Source: Eledone cirrhosa (taxonomy: Eukaryota). From it: a stretch of DNA of 64,000 bases. Position 1 is the stretch's first letter, and each line of letters opens with the position of its first letter. Below the pieces are notes generated by a model, which saw only the letters and a program-made list of their open reading frames with translations, was not told the DNA's origin and did not search any database. Positions 51,311-64,000 of this stretch are shown here, piece by piece. Where the stretch lies: positions 99,448,001 through 99,512,000 of the forward strand of contig OZ024740.1 in assembly GCA_964016885.1 (NCBI GenBank), written 5' to 3'. Both the position numbers and the translations under genes were made by a program.

Positions 51311-51351
51311 AATAACTATTAATTATGGTATCCAATTATTACATTACTATT

Positions 51352-51455
51352 ACCGAGGTTAACTTTGCATTTCATCTTTATGGGGTCGATAAAATAAAGT
51401 ACCAGTAATGCACTGGGTAATTGCTGGCTTTGTGCCAAATGTAGAAACAATTATT
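51352..51455 (+). mobile_element. SINE family A, 5'-truncated
   Basis: Core and tail only; flanked by duplicated CAATTATTACATTACTATTAC. Confidence 0.85.
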
Positions 51456-53524
51456 ACATTACTATTACATGCTGAAGTATGAAGAATAATAGGCTGATTA
51501 TTCTTGTGATATCATGGAATATATACATAGATGTCTTAATTGTGCAGAAACAAAGAATTTTCGAAATAATAAATTTCATCCATGATCCCAGGAGTCATAT
51601 CACCAAAACGATATTTTGTTAATGTTGAATATACATTCATCTGAGTTAATAGTCATACTTGCATCTCTGAGTTGATCCAAAATACTCTTGGTCTTCAGAT
51701 TCAATTATTACTTGGCAGTTACACCAAAACAGGTCATCTTCATAAATTATTTTATTTTGGTTTTGTCATCCAATCTCTATCCTATTGAAAACTTCCACTT
51801 AAAGTTTATTTAGTATGTCTGAATCTACTTGCCCTATTTTATATATCAGCAGATGTGGTACAAACTCAAGATTTGGCAAACTTTGCAGTCTTTCATGGTA
51901 AAGAAGCACCAGTGATGGTGACATGGAACAACAGCATCAGACATTCATAATCGTGATTTCAACACTCTAAACACTAGGTTATAAAACATATTTCAAATGT
52001 GAAATTGTTAATTAGTATTGTACATATTGTGTTTTGATGTGAATAGGTATATTCAATGTTTATATTATTTATAACCATTATATCAGATGGCCATATCGCT
52101 ATCTGTGATTCGTTCTCTAGCAGAATAAGTTTGCTGTGATATGATGGATTGTTGCGATATAGGTGGGTACCTGGCAGACGAATACACAACCTGGGAATAT
52201 ATAGTGGTAAGATCTAAGGAGGATAAAGCAATGACGTATACTGTTAGCTGTAAAGGAAACACAACCCAGCAACCAGTAAGGCGGGTAAAGAATGCCTAAA
52301 AAACAGCCTAGTTTTAGTAGGCCTGAGAAAATTAACAAAATGGTGACTCACATGAGTCACAGTAATTATAGTATGGTCAGATTCAATCATACTGCATCAT
52401 CCTTTGCACGGTGTAACAAGGGATACATTTGGGACTTCAGTAGCGAGGCCTGTTAAACAAATATATTGCAGATTTCATCTAATATAAAAAAACTGGAGAT
52501 GGGCTTATGACCTGATATGAGAGGACTCACAAATGTTCCGAGACCCAAAAAGATTCCAGAAGAGAGAAAACATTAAATACTGGCAACTGGAACATTAAAA
52601 CTTTTACATTTATGGAGCAGGGATTACTAGAGGATGTAAGATGTTATCAGCTAGATATAGTAGGAATTGAACACAACAAAGTTCTGCAGCTTTGGTGTTT
52701 TAGATTTGGATGGAAACTACCCTATTCAAGTGTGGTGGCAGAAATGACTACACAGGCAGAAGAGGGAATACTCACAAATCCAAGACTGTCAGAATCTGTC
52801 ATGGCATGTATTCCATTCAGGGAAGATTTGTCTCTTGAATCTTAGGCTGAAAGCCCAGCCTCTGTGGATGATGAACATTTATGTGCTAAACAGAGTGTCC
52901 ATATAACAGTCCTTCTTTGATGAGTCATATATCCCAATAAGAGACATCAATGCATATGTTGGGTTTGATCACCTGAAATGGAAAAAAGTGATTGGAAGCA
53001 ACGGTTATCTAGATATTAAATGCGAACAGGGAGGTTTCATTAGACTTCTTCTTCTAAAGTAAAGATATATATAAATATAGTTGGTATAAGGAAAGTCAGT
53101 AATTTATTTTTTTATTGACTCTGATCTCTTTGGTTCTGTGCTGGAAGTCCGCGTTAAGAGGGTGAGAGTTGTCAACTGATCACTATCTAGTTATCTGTAA
53201 ACTAAGATTACCTAATGTCAATCAAAATAAACTACAAAATTAGCAGTTCCAGCTCAACATACAGGATAAAGGGAAGAGTTACTATTTAACTCATCAGAAA
53301 GTGATCCCCGGCATTCACTCGATAGGTTTGTTATTGAGTGCTACATGGTAGGAATGGAAATCAGTGCTGCGAAGACTTATCCACTTGTCCTTTCAAGAAA
53401 GATCTCACAGTGTGTTGTGCATGTGAGTGGAGGTAACCTGAAACAGTTAGAGAAGCTCAATTATCTCACAGCTGTTTTCATCAATTATGGAAGGCATGAG
53501 AGCAAAGATTACTGGATCTGGTAC

Positions 53525-53710
53525 AATAATTGTTTCTACTTTTGGCACAAGGCCAGAAACTATCCCAGTGTATTACTGATATTTTATTTTATCGATCCCG
53601 TAAGGAAGAAAGGCAAAGTTAACCTCGGCGGGATTTGAACTCCGACCATAAAGGGCCGTAACTTTTTGTTGCAAAGCATGGCGTCCGACTCTCTACCGAT
53701 ACTGCCAGTA
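53525..53710 (-). mobile_element. SINE family A
   Basis: Full copy; TSD GTACAATAAT. Confidence 0.9.
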
Positions 53711-53877
53711 CAATAATGCGCCACCTTCAGCATTCGATCAAAACAAGGGGGGTAGTTATAAAAGCCAAACTCACTATTTTTAATTCGCTATTCATGTCAA
53801 CTCTTACCTATGGTAACTAAACTTACGTAATGCTATGGTGTTTCTCTGAAGAGCTTTTGGAGTAACATTATTTGATA

Positions 53878-54065
53878 TGGTGGATTGGCAGTATTGGTAG
53901 AGGGTTGGACGCCATGCTTTCCGGCATAGTTACGTCCCTTTATGATCTGAGTTCAAATACCGCCGAGGTTGACTTTGCCTTTCATCCTTACGGGGTCGAT
54001 AAAATAAAGTACCAGTAATGCACTGGGTAATTGCTGGCCTTGTGCCTAAAGTAGAAACAATTATT
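53878..54065 (+). mobile_element. SINE family A
   Basis: Full copy; TSD ATTATTTGATATGG. Confidence 0.9.
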
Positions 54066-54506
54066 TGATATGGCGTCTGGGTTTGTGGTCAGTAGTTTTA
54101 TCAGGACGTTGCCCCTTGACCCTCTCAGGAATAAGTGGGTAAAGAAGGAGAAAATATTTCTGTGGTTATTCTTTCTACGATATGAAGGCACGTGGCCTAA
54201 TTGTAATATTGTTTGTCTAATAACACCGTGTAACATATTTTTTATTCCCCGGTTCTAAGTGTCATTTCATGGTTTGTTATATCCCATTATTATAAAAGTA
54301 AACACTATTATTTAATCAGAAGTTTGGGTTTGGGGTCAGTAGTTTGATATTTCGAAATTTTCATATTTTTCAAGAAAAATTTCATTTTTAAAAAATGTAT
54401 CAGTTCATATAATTAAATCAATAGAGTATATATTTATTTTATTAGACAAGCTTATCAAAAGCAAACGAGTAAAAACAAATAACACTTATAAAGCAACTTA
54501 TACACG

Positions 54507-55445
54507 TCAGAAATGACTGGATTTCCTGGATTTGCGGTTGTAGTCCAGGTCGCATCCCCGAACTAGCCCCCAGATATAGTCCCCCATCATTTTTTCATTG
54601 TAGTGGCCCTGGTACCTCCGCTCTATCTCTTTCAAATCTTGGTGGAATCGTTCGCCTTGTTCTTCTGAGTAGGCGCCCATATTGTCCTTGACATTTTCCA
54701 GGTGAGCGTCCAGGATATGGAGTTTAAGCGACATTCTGCATCCCATGGCGCCAAAAGCCTTTATCAGATATTGCACCAGCTGCTGGTAGTTTTCAGCTCT
54801 ATAGTTGCCCAGGAAGCCCTTAACAACTGCCTTGAAACAGTTCCATACTGTTCTCTCAATCCTATTGAGCTTATTGGAGAACTCGGTAGACTCAAACACC
54901 TTCTTTATCTGAGGTCCAACAAAAATTCCACCTTTTATTTTGGCCTTAGATAACTTGGGGAAGAACTCAAGAAGGTACTTAAAAGCGGATGATTCTTGGT
55001 TGAGAGCCTTCACAAACTGCTTCATCAACCCCAATTTAATGTGCAGTGGCGGCTTGAGCACAATCCTGGGATCAACCTGTGGCTCCCACATGACGTTCCG
55101 GATTCCAACTACAAATTCTGTTCGCTGCTCCCAGTTCTTTCTTTTGTAGTGGTCAGAGGTGGCTCTGCTGTCCCAAAGGCAGAGGAAGCATTGGAATTTG
55201 ATAAAGCCTCCTTGGAGTCCAAGCAGGAAAGCCACCATTTTGAAGTCTCCAATGATTTCCCAATTGTACTGGTTGTATTGCAGAGCTTCCAAGAAGACTT
55301 TCACACTGCAGTAATCTTCCTTCAGGCAGACTGAATGAGCTAGGGGCAGTGTCAGGCACTTGTTTCCATTGTGGAGGAGGACAGCCTTCAAACTTGTGGT
55401 GGAGCTGTCTATAAATAGCCACCACTCCTTGGGCATAAACGGCAC
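54507..55445 (-). CDS. Chapaev3-like DDE transposase catalytic region (N-terminally truncated)
   Basis: 312-aa open frame: LFIDSS, GDFKM, CFLCLWDSR, PPLHIKLGLMK, KLHILDAH, SEEQGERFHQD. The family assignment is from recalled motifs. Confidence 0.78.
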   Translation of the reverse strand: MPFMPKEWWLFIDSSTTSLKAVLLHNGNKCLTLPLAHSVCLKEDYCSVKVFLEALQYNQYNWEIIGDFKMVAFLLGLQGGFIKFQCFLCLWDSRATSDHYKRKNWEQRTEFVVGIRNVMWEPQVDPRIVLKPPLHIKLGLMKQFVKALNQESSAFKYLLEFFPKLSKAKIKGGIFVGPQIKKVFESTEFSNKLNRIERTVWNCFKAVVKGFLGNYRAENYQQLVQYLIKAFGAMGCRMSLKLHILDAHLENVKDNMGAYSEEQGERFHQDLKEIERRYQGHYNEKMMGDYIWGLVRGCDLDYNRKSRKSSHF

Positions 55446-55679
55446 CCAATAACGTCAAACAGTCCAGGCATGTCATGGCAGAAGCACAGGCCATACCTAA
55501 GAGTGTAAAAGCCTGAGAAAGGTTCATGTCGACTTCTCTGACGTGTCACCTTCACTTCCTCCTTGACCAAGTTCCACTGCTTCATCCTGGAGACGAATGC
55601 TTAAAACACAACTTACCTTTTATTCAGGGTGCGAAAATCCAGTATCAATAAATCCACTTTTTAACAATTTTATACTTTA

Positions 55680-57164
55680 CTAGCAGTGGTACCCGGCGTT
55701 GCACGGGATAAGGTATTTTGGAACGCGAGCCGCCAACAGACATAATCGTGGAAAAAATGCATGCCTCGACAATATGTAAAGAAAATAAACTGAATACTCT
55801 GATGGCTGGATAATCTTTAAGATTTACCTCGATGAAGCAGGAAAAATGCAGGTTTTCACCTAACGCGGGCTCTAGGGCATCAAGAAAATCAATTTCTTTT
55901 ATGTGCATAATATGCTTTGAAATTTCGGGAAAAATCGGCTAGACGTAACGCCTAAAATTAGCCCTAAAAAGCTGAAAAAATAAAGTTTTTCATCTAATGC
56001 GGGCCCTAGGCCATCAAAAAGTTGGATTTTCTTTGCTCACGGTATGAAGAAGAGACTGACTAATACATAGTTACAATTTCAAGGAAATCCATCTGAATTA
56101 ACGCCTCAAAATACCCCTTCAAAGCTGAAAAACGCAATTTTTCACCTAATGCGGGCCCTAGGGGATCAAAAAGTTGAATTTTTTATGTGCATAACACTCC
56201 CTGAAACATAACGCGGGCCGCCAACAGACGTAATCGTGGAAAAACTGCATGCCTCGACAATATGTAAAGAAAATAAACCGAATACTCTGATGCAATTAGT
56301 ATTAGGTATACTTCTCCTTCCACGTGGGGAAAATCGGCTTGGGGCTGTTGCTCTTTAATAAAGTGGCATGAGTTAGCAGGACAGATGTCACCACTTATGT
56401 CAGAGGGAAGTCTGCAATACTTGAGCAAGGCAACGCGTGCAATCGGACAGTATGTGGAGCCTTCTCGAAGGAGTCCACCGCACCTTAGTAAGTAAACGCA
56501 ACTGGACAAACGTTTACCAAACTGTGGGTATAATTTAACAAATTTAAAGAGGAATGATGCAATAAAATGGGCCCCGAGGCGTGTGCGTGTTCACTGGCAG
56601 CCCTAAACAAAAGGGTCGCCATCAGGTATTTCAAGGGCCCTTAAAAGGGCCGTGTAAGTCGTTCACTGACACCCCAGTAAGGAGGAGTAACCATCAACAA
56701 TTTCAAGTGGTGGCCCTAAAAAGGGCCATGTGAGCGTTCACTTGTAACCCTTAATAGTGATTTTGACTGCGTTCTCTGACATTTTGAGGGTGTTACGGTT
56801 GCTTCCACTGGTAGCCTTTAGAATGAATCAGAATGCGTTCGCGGTCCGTTTAACAGCCATACATTGACGCGCCGAGTGCGATGCAGACAGCCAGACATAC
56901 AGATAGATATTATAAGGGTGCGACGTTATATGTATGTATCTATCTAAAAAGAGAAAAACTAAGAATTATAGAGAGAGATCGCTAAATCGCCTAATGCGGT
57001 CCCTAGGGCTTTGAAAATTTGAAATTTCTTTTGCTCAGAATACTCCCTGAAACATAAGTATTACATGTTTAAAGTTTGAAAACAGTCGGTTGCTTGCTTC
57101 TGTAGTTTTAGGGATTGAAACTCACACACACACACACAGACATCCTCAGTTTTATATATATAGA
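55680..57164 (-). mobile_element. Non-autonomous Helitron
   Basis: Minus strand A|TCTATATATATAAAACTGAGG ... ATCCCGTGCAACGCCGGGTACCACTGCTAG|T: 5' TC, 3' hairpin plus CTAG, inserted between A and T with no TSD. Confidence 0.85.
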
Positions 57165-59819
57165 TTGCACTTTATAATTTTCTTTAGGTATTACTCTTTA
57201 TTTTATAATTTTAATTTAACCTGAAACATATATAAAAAAATCATTTAACATAAGCAAATTAAACTTACATACAACGTAAAATCCAGCATACAAGTAATTC
57301 TAGTGAATAGCTTCGAATTTTAAAAAACCCAAACTTTTAACTGTTTAATAGCTCTTTCTTTAATTTATTTGGGACCTAAGCAACACAAAATAAGTGATTA
57401 CAAGCCAGGAACAGAGAAAATATTTTTTTTTTGTAATCTTAAAATAATAGGTACTAATCTCACTCATACAAAATATTTTATACAAAATAGTCATAAACAT
57501 CTTAGGCTTTACATGCACAATAACATGCTAACTGACGTAAAACACTATGAAAAACAGAGTAACAAAATGTATAACAGGAAAACAAAACACTTACCAATAA
57601 AAATATGGGAGTCAACTCCTACGGAAACGCTGGAATTCAGAACACTTTTCACTCTAAGTAGTTGTCTTCTGTCTGTAATCTCCAAGCAGAATTCAACAAT
57701 TATCCCTCTCACATCACACATCTCAATTATGCTACTTCATCTTACTTTGTAAGAAAGAGGAAATCATCCCTGCTCTGCTTATAATAATTGTTTCTATTTA
57801 CGCACAAATCAACAAGTTTTAAGTAACTACCGTTCAACTATTGTTTCAATATGGTCGAATTTCCCAATAGTCGGCTGGTACATATTTTACTGATCCCTGT
57901 GGGATTTGAACTCTGAGGTGTAAAGGGTTCTAACTGAATACTGCAAAGCATCTTGTTCAACAGTCTACCAATCATCACCCTTCTAGTAATAATATTGAAG
58001 AAAAAAGTTGCTCACAAAATGTTACAGAGGCATTGTCAAATAAAGCTGGCAATCTGGAGAGGAGTTTAATTAGAATAGTCACGCTGCTTTATATTGAATG
58101 ACTGGAGAGGAATTTTAATAATTGACAACAAATGATATAACAATTGTTAGGATTTATTTAACTATTAATATTTGATTTATCCACTTTCAACATTGTGTAA
58201 AAGTAAAATTAAAATTATCAGGCAACAATAAGCGTGATTCAAAGAATATAACCTGAAAAATTAATTGCTGTTATTGAAAACAAAGTGTTCAATTGATATA
58301 TCACTATTTATTTTCTTTTGTCTTTACATTCGAAAGTGTGTGCTTATTTTACAGTTAGCAAAAGAATTTCAACATGACGTCTTCACGATTTTCACATTTA
58401 AAGCAAAGTGCGAATGTTTTTAAACAGCGAGGTTGAGACAAAAGTTGGAATTCTTCCGAAGTGTAAAGCTAATGAATGTAAGGGAAAAAATATATATCAA
58501 ACACATTTTCTTTTGCGTACGTGCAAACTGTCTTTAGGCCAGACTTTTTAACAATCAACAAAATCAATGGTTTGTGAAGCGCATACATCATTTTGAATTG
58601 TGTAAAATCACAAATGAGAATTACTCATGAACTTGTTTTTCTTATTCTTTAGCCTGAATAGTAAATTAAACATGTGATAACTTTCAATGTAATTTATCCT
58701 TCAACGAGAATTTCAAGAGCTTGATAATTTTTCTTCTTGTGAACAGCAAAGATTATGCATTTCATCGCAAAATGGTGAAGCGAGAGAAAGTATAGATAGA
58801 AAACACTGCTAAAGGCAGACAGCATAAATTCCAAAGTGGATGTGGTATTAATTACGGAAAACCGTCTTATCAGTTTCCTTTTGTCACAAGGAAAAAATAT
58901 TGTTTCCGAAGCGCACTTCGAAATAAAAGCATTTAAGATCAATAAAGAAAACCATATCACATTTAATTACCCTAGCTTTATCAGGTGAAAATTGTGGTGC
59001 ACAATATTTTCTAAGCAAGAGACTACATAGTGAAACATCAATGTATAAAGCATAACAAAGAAAAACATATACTTAGGCAGTTACTATATTACTGAGCAAT
59101 AAAACTTCTAAGATAATCACTGGAAACGAGAGTAATGCTTGAATGAGTTCACACTGTCACAATAACTTCAATTTATCAGGTTTGTGACAGTAACGTGCTT
59201 ATGCCAAGGTTGCAAAGAATAGTTTAGTGAAGCAGTTAGTATACAAACCTTGTTCAAGATTCAGCATCGTTTTATAAAGAAAAATAGGACTGTTCTTATT
59301 TGGTACGATAAAAATATTGATGCAAATAACTAGTGGTAATAGGAATTCAATATACCATTTAAGGGGCTGCTGTAAAATCGGGACAGTTAAACAACAGGTA
59401 GACGGCTATATATTTCGGCACGAGAATAAGCAAGATTCAGATAAAGTTAAACTCTTTCTCTCATCATATTCTTAAAACAATTCTTCATTACACATTACGT
59501 TTTGTATTCTTCACAATTTTGTTTTGACAGTGTTGACTTACTGACGCAGGATACCTGCAATTAACATCCTTTAACTCTAGTTATATATTCACAGGGAGAT
59601 TTTATGAATTTCAAATACTTTCTTGCGAACCAATATGGATATCTGTTTTATATTCTATTACTTATGATAACAAATATATAAATACTGGTAGATTTACTTT
59701 AGAGAAGCTTGTCTAAATCTTAGGAGCCTATCAGGTCGGAACGTATACATGTTTTCTTGAATGGGGTGTACAAGACCCCCTCATCATCGTAGAGTTACCC
59801 TCAAACTGCTGCTCGTATT

Positions 59820-59948
59820 TATTTTTAACTAGGTTGAGTGAAGCAATATGATATGAAGTGTTTTGTTCAAGAACACGGCGCGCTCTCTGGTTCGAGAATC
59901 AAATCTAAAACATTACAATCGTAATCCTTAACCAATAGTCCGCGGACC
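59820..59948 (-). mobile_element. SINE family B, diverged
   Basis: GAAGTGTTTTGTTCAAGAACAC...CTTAACCAATAGTCCGCG. Confidence 0.55.
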
Positions 59949-60798
59949 TTTATGGTTGAACAAAATATAACATTCACTGAAGTTACAGAGAAACTTACCG
60001 TTTGCTGCAAAGTCACATATCAAACCTACAGTGTTCTTTTAAAAACTTCGATATTACGCTCCATATTAATGACGGGTACCTGTTTGGTTAAAGGCTTGGA
60101 ATGTTTCTTTAGAAACGAAATAAAATGTTATCCTTAATTAGAAAGAATTTTATCGAATCTAATTTGAATTTTACTACGTTCGAACGTCATCGCACTTTTG
60201 AGGAGAGATTTGCCTACAGTGATATAACTGTCTTTAGAGCGCTGCTAGCAATGCTTAAAAACATCATGACTTAATCCCCTTATTAGCAGAATCTTATAAG
60301 TGGTAAGTTATCAACACTTGTTACCACACTCCCGGAAGATAAAATCAACTCTTAGCATTCTCATTACAATTTGCAGTGCATACATTATTCTATCTCTTGG
60401 TCTGAGAGTCCTCAGCATGTGCAGACTAAGTGTCTTAAAACTTCAAATATTTATTGCTTTTACCGCTTCAAATATTTATTGATTTCATTTCAGACTAAAT
60501 TAGAATTCTAATAGCTCTTTACAGCTCTTTCATTAAATTACTTAGCGGATTCCTTCAGCAACAAATGATGGAGTTGGAGTCTGCATTATTTTATCTTATT
60601 TAGTTATATTCTTTATTAGTATCTAACCGAGAAAACCAGTATGGGTTATTACTTAGACATACGACAGTTTCTGTCTACTAGATTTCAAGCTATTGGTCAA
60701 ACTGAAGATGTTATGGAAAAAAACACTTGTTCAAACTGCAACATAGTAGGTTCAGGCCCAGAATATGGTGACTACAAATTGAGTTACTTATCATATCA

Positions 60799-61020
60799 TA
60801 TGGATTGGTAGTATCACTGGATCGTCGGACAACATGCTTTGCGACAAAGAATTGTGGCCCTTTAGGTTCTGAGTTCAACTGCCGCGGAGGTTACCTTTGC
60901 CTTTCATCCTTATGGGGGTCGATCAAATAAAGTACCAGTAATGTAGTGGAGTCGATTTAAATGATGTTCCCTCTCTCAAACCTTGCTGGCCTTGTGCCTA
61001 AATCAGAAGCCATTATTATT
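60799..61020 (+). mobile_element. SINE family A, long variant
   Basis: A and B boxes plus extra internal segment. Confidence 0.82.
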
Positions 61021-61023
61021 GTG

Positions 61024-61215
61024 TTGGATTGGCAGTATCGGTAGAGGGTCGGACGCCATGCTTTGCAGCAAAGAGTTACGGTCCTTTATGGTTTGAGTTC
61101 AAATGCCGCCGAGGTTAACTTTGCCTTTCATCCTTACGGGGTCGATAAAATAAAGTACCAGTAATACACTGGGATAATTGCTGGCCTTGTGCCAAAAGTA
61201 TAAACCATTATTATT
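61024..61215 (+). mobile_element. SINE family A, short variant, in tandem with the previous copy
   Basis: Full copy inserted at the tail of the previous SINE (CCATTATTATTGT duplicated). Confidence 0.9.
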
Positions 61216-61539
61216 GTATTTAATTTATTCCTTATTACTACATTTACATACAATCCTGGGTGTTTCAAGCAAATTACTGATTGATCACGAAAAGAAATAA
61301 TCCCAAAGAACTGCACATATCAAGTAGTCCTCCCCATACCCCACTTCCTTTAATCTTGAGAAAAATGTAACCAGTGCCCTCGTGGTTGCTCTAAATACTA
61401 AGCTTCACAACCATTCGCCAACATACATCTTTAAAATAGCTAGGACCCCATCATAAATACTAGCTAAAAAAATACATAACTCTCTCAACCATCACCACAA
61501 GAAAAAATCACTGACCCTCTACAAAACTCAGGTGAGACT

Positions 61540-62815
61540 CTAAATTGGAATACTATTCTTACATCTTGGATGATGCTGTTGATACTGATATTCTAGATCA
61601 CACCCGGATACAGGTCGCTCGATTGATACGCTTACGGATACTCTTCAGCCTTAAGTTAGTCATATATGAACTACCGCCTCCCACTGCCATTCCTATTACA
61701 GTGGCTTCTACGTATTGGATCTAGTTGGTTTTGTGTCACCTCCTCTCAGATATTAGTTAACTCATACGTCTCTCTTTCTCTCATCATATATGTTGAGTCC
61801 AACCACCCAACATTGTATAAACCAATACACACAATTCTTCTGTATCCAGAACGTCTGCCCTTTTGAATCCCCGCTGCTCATATTATTTTTGCAGGGGTTA
61901 TTAAGCAAAATATCAACATATCTACGTAACTGATATTTGTGTTTATAAAGACCATACAAATGTATATATAAAATTATTAGAAATTCCGTAAATAAACACC
62001 TTTTCAGCCTAATTATGTGCCATGCTATCTGCAAATATATTTTTTGACATTTTTGTAGATACTGTTAAAACACTGCTACGAAATCATCCTTGGCAGTATT
62101 GGTAGAGGGCCGGACGCCATGCTTTGACGCATAGAGTTACGGCCCTTGCCATTCTGAGTTCAAATCCCGCCAAGGTTAACTTTGCCTTTCATCCTTACGG
62201 GGTCGATAAAATAAACTTTGATAATTGCTGGCCTTGTGCCAAAAGTAGAAACAATTATTAAATATTTCTCTCTATTTTTTTGCTTTTCATCAAGCATACT
62301 TTCAACAAACTCCTTGTAATAACACAGCTTTAAGAGAAATATTTGATAAATCAGACTACAAAAGCTATTGATGGCTTTGGTAGTATTGCAGAAACAAGCG
62401 TAATTAGCTCTTGAACATCATGTTCCTTTTGAGATAAATTATAGTGGTATCCTACTAGGTGTGTGTGTGTGTGACAGCGGGAACGGGTTTTCTACATTGC
62501 AAGAAAGGGAATGTAACTCCATTTCTAACTCCGTTTTATCGTTCCAATCCTCTAATGATCCACTTTATTATCTATGTTTCAGGTGTTTGATAATAAATAA
62601 TGTAATATACCTTTAGTACAAGTATCTTTCACCGTCTTAACGAAACCACATCACAATGTGAGTGGTACTATACAAATGCAATACACTTCAGTCAAGAATT
62701 CGATGCTTTATTCACTCAGTCAGTCGCTCTGCCTTCTAAGAAATTAGTAGTTAAAAGTCGAACAATCAAAATTTCCCTGGTAGTGCTTGTGAACCTTGTG
62801 GCAATGTTTTTCATG
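61540..62815 (-). pseudogene. Decayed cytochrome P450 relic 2 (apparently intronless)
   Basis: Collinear on the minus strand: KTLPQGSQALPG (Pro-rich), ELEMELHSL...ENPFPL (D helix), LVGYHYNL...VQELITLV (after E), RRYVDILL (H), DTEELCVLVYTMLGG (I), IQYVEATV (K), IIQDVRIVF/NLESH. Interrupted by a SINE. Confidence 0.5.
62090..62260 (+). mobile_element. SINE family A
   Basis: A and B boxes and tail, with a small internal deletion. Confidence 0.88.
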
Positions 62816-63799
62816 TAAATTTAATTATATTATGAAATACTGTGTTCCATAATGTATTGCTACATTTTAATAACATGATATTGTACAGTTACAAATTGTT
62901 TAACAAAACATACTAACACACTTGATATCTCATTCATCTGGTTCAATAATGAGGATTTAGTGGTTTGATTAACTGAATGTTCAACTCGTTAATTAAAATG
63001 GACGCAGGCTCGTATTCTACAGACGCTTGCACCATTAAAACAATTCTCAAGTCGTATCAGTTTGACACAATATGTGACAAGGCTGGACTTTTACATTCCA
63101 GGGACAATTCATCCGACGCATTTCCATGCAAATTTCGTCAGCACAATTTCAGTAACAAGGCGCAGTTCAACCGGAAACTATGGTAAAGTAACTTTGGGTT
63201 AAACTCGGGACCTCATCATTCAGAAGAGAACTTCCTAACTACTGACATAGTCAACGTAGTGAACAATACAATTTCAATTATCTAAAATTAGCTTTGTTAT
63301 TTGGAAAGAGAAACAAACCGAAAGCAAAGGGGAAACATTAACATTTTCATTTATTGAAATTTCAATTACATATAACTTTTATGACATGAAAACATTCACT
63401 CGAAGACAAATAATCATTTATCATGATAAGAATATTAACATTCCAGGATAGGTTTGCATGTTAGCGTGAGAAACTGCATCTTATATACAATGGACGGACG
63501 ATATGATTATATCACCTTTGCCAAATAGATGATTTTTCAGTATGAAATACTTAGTCAATTCTAAAATATTCCAATATTAATATACTTTCATAAAAATCTA
63601 GTTTTAATTTTAGAATAATCTCGCAAGTATTATCATTTAACATTGGGCTAATTATAATTCATTAGAAACTTCATCCATTTTGAAATCTGTTCACAACTGA
63701 TTCTTTTTTCATTTTCATTTTTTCTTCAACTAAATATCTCCGATATTATGAAGTTTTCTTTTCAACAAGACAAACATATCTGCTCGAATTAAAACTCAT

Positions 63800-64000
63800 T
63801 ATAACTGTTTCTACTTTAGGCAGAAGACCAGCAATTTGAGGAGGGGGCGGGTGAAGTCGATTAAATCGACACCAGTACATTATTGGTGCTTTATTTTATC
63901 GACCCCATAAGGATGAAAGGCAAAGCTAACCTCGGCGAGATTTGAACTCAGAACATATAGAGCCATAACTCTATGCTGCAAAGCATGATGTCTGATGCCT
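63800..64000 (-). mobile_element. SINE family A, long variant (runs off the window end)
   Basis: TGTTTCTACTTTAGGC...GTCGATTAAATCGAC...GATTTGAACTCAG. Confidence 0.85.

Larger units (their letters stand above)
52400..54165 (+). mobile_element. Decayed APE-type LINE (RTE-like) interrupted by two SINEs
   Basis: APE remnants GNWNIKT (~52582), YQLDIVGI, GILTNPRL and LSTDHYLV; C-terminal GMEISAAKT...LKQLEKLNYL; related to 45955-46450. Confidence 0.7.
54303..57353 (-). mobile_element. Chapaev3-like (CMC/Transib-related) DNA transposon, internally deleted
   Basis: Degenerate TIRs CACTATTA...AAGTTTGGGTTT / AAACCCAAACTT...TAATAG; transposase ORF inside; interrupted by a Helitron. Confidence 0.7.

Overview
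AT-rich, microsatellite-dense eukaryotic DNA with no intact host gene that I can support. The repeat landscape suggests an octopus or other coleoid cephalopod; this is inference. The window is mostly nested transposable elements: a near full-length Academ (XPG-type) DNA transposon (6913-13284) carrying a 15x50-bp array, Penelope-like (GIY-YIG) insertions with long inverted arms, RTE, L1/Tx1-like and RLE (CRE-like) LINE fragments, a decayed Ty3/Gypsy element, an internally deleted hAT, a Chapaev3-like element containing a non-autonomous Helitron, other Helitron-like elements, and about 20 tRNA-derived SINEs of two families. Two signals are not visible in the ORF track. (1) Six hammerhead-ribozyme (HHR) motifs lie within the first 27 kb. 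Three look intact, three share a very long or branched stem II, and two lie in small non-coding inverted- or direct-repeat units resembling non-autonomous Penelope or retrozyme elements. (2) There are two heavily decayed cytochrome P450 relics, about 38.9-41.3 kb (+) and 61.5-62.8 kb (-). All calls come from reading the sequence by eye; no searches were run and boundaries are approximate unless TIRs or TSDs are given.
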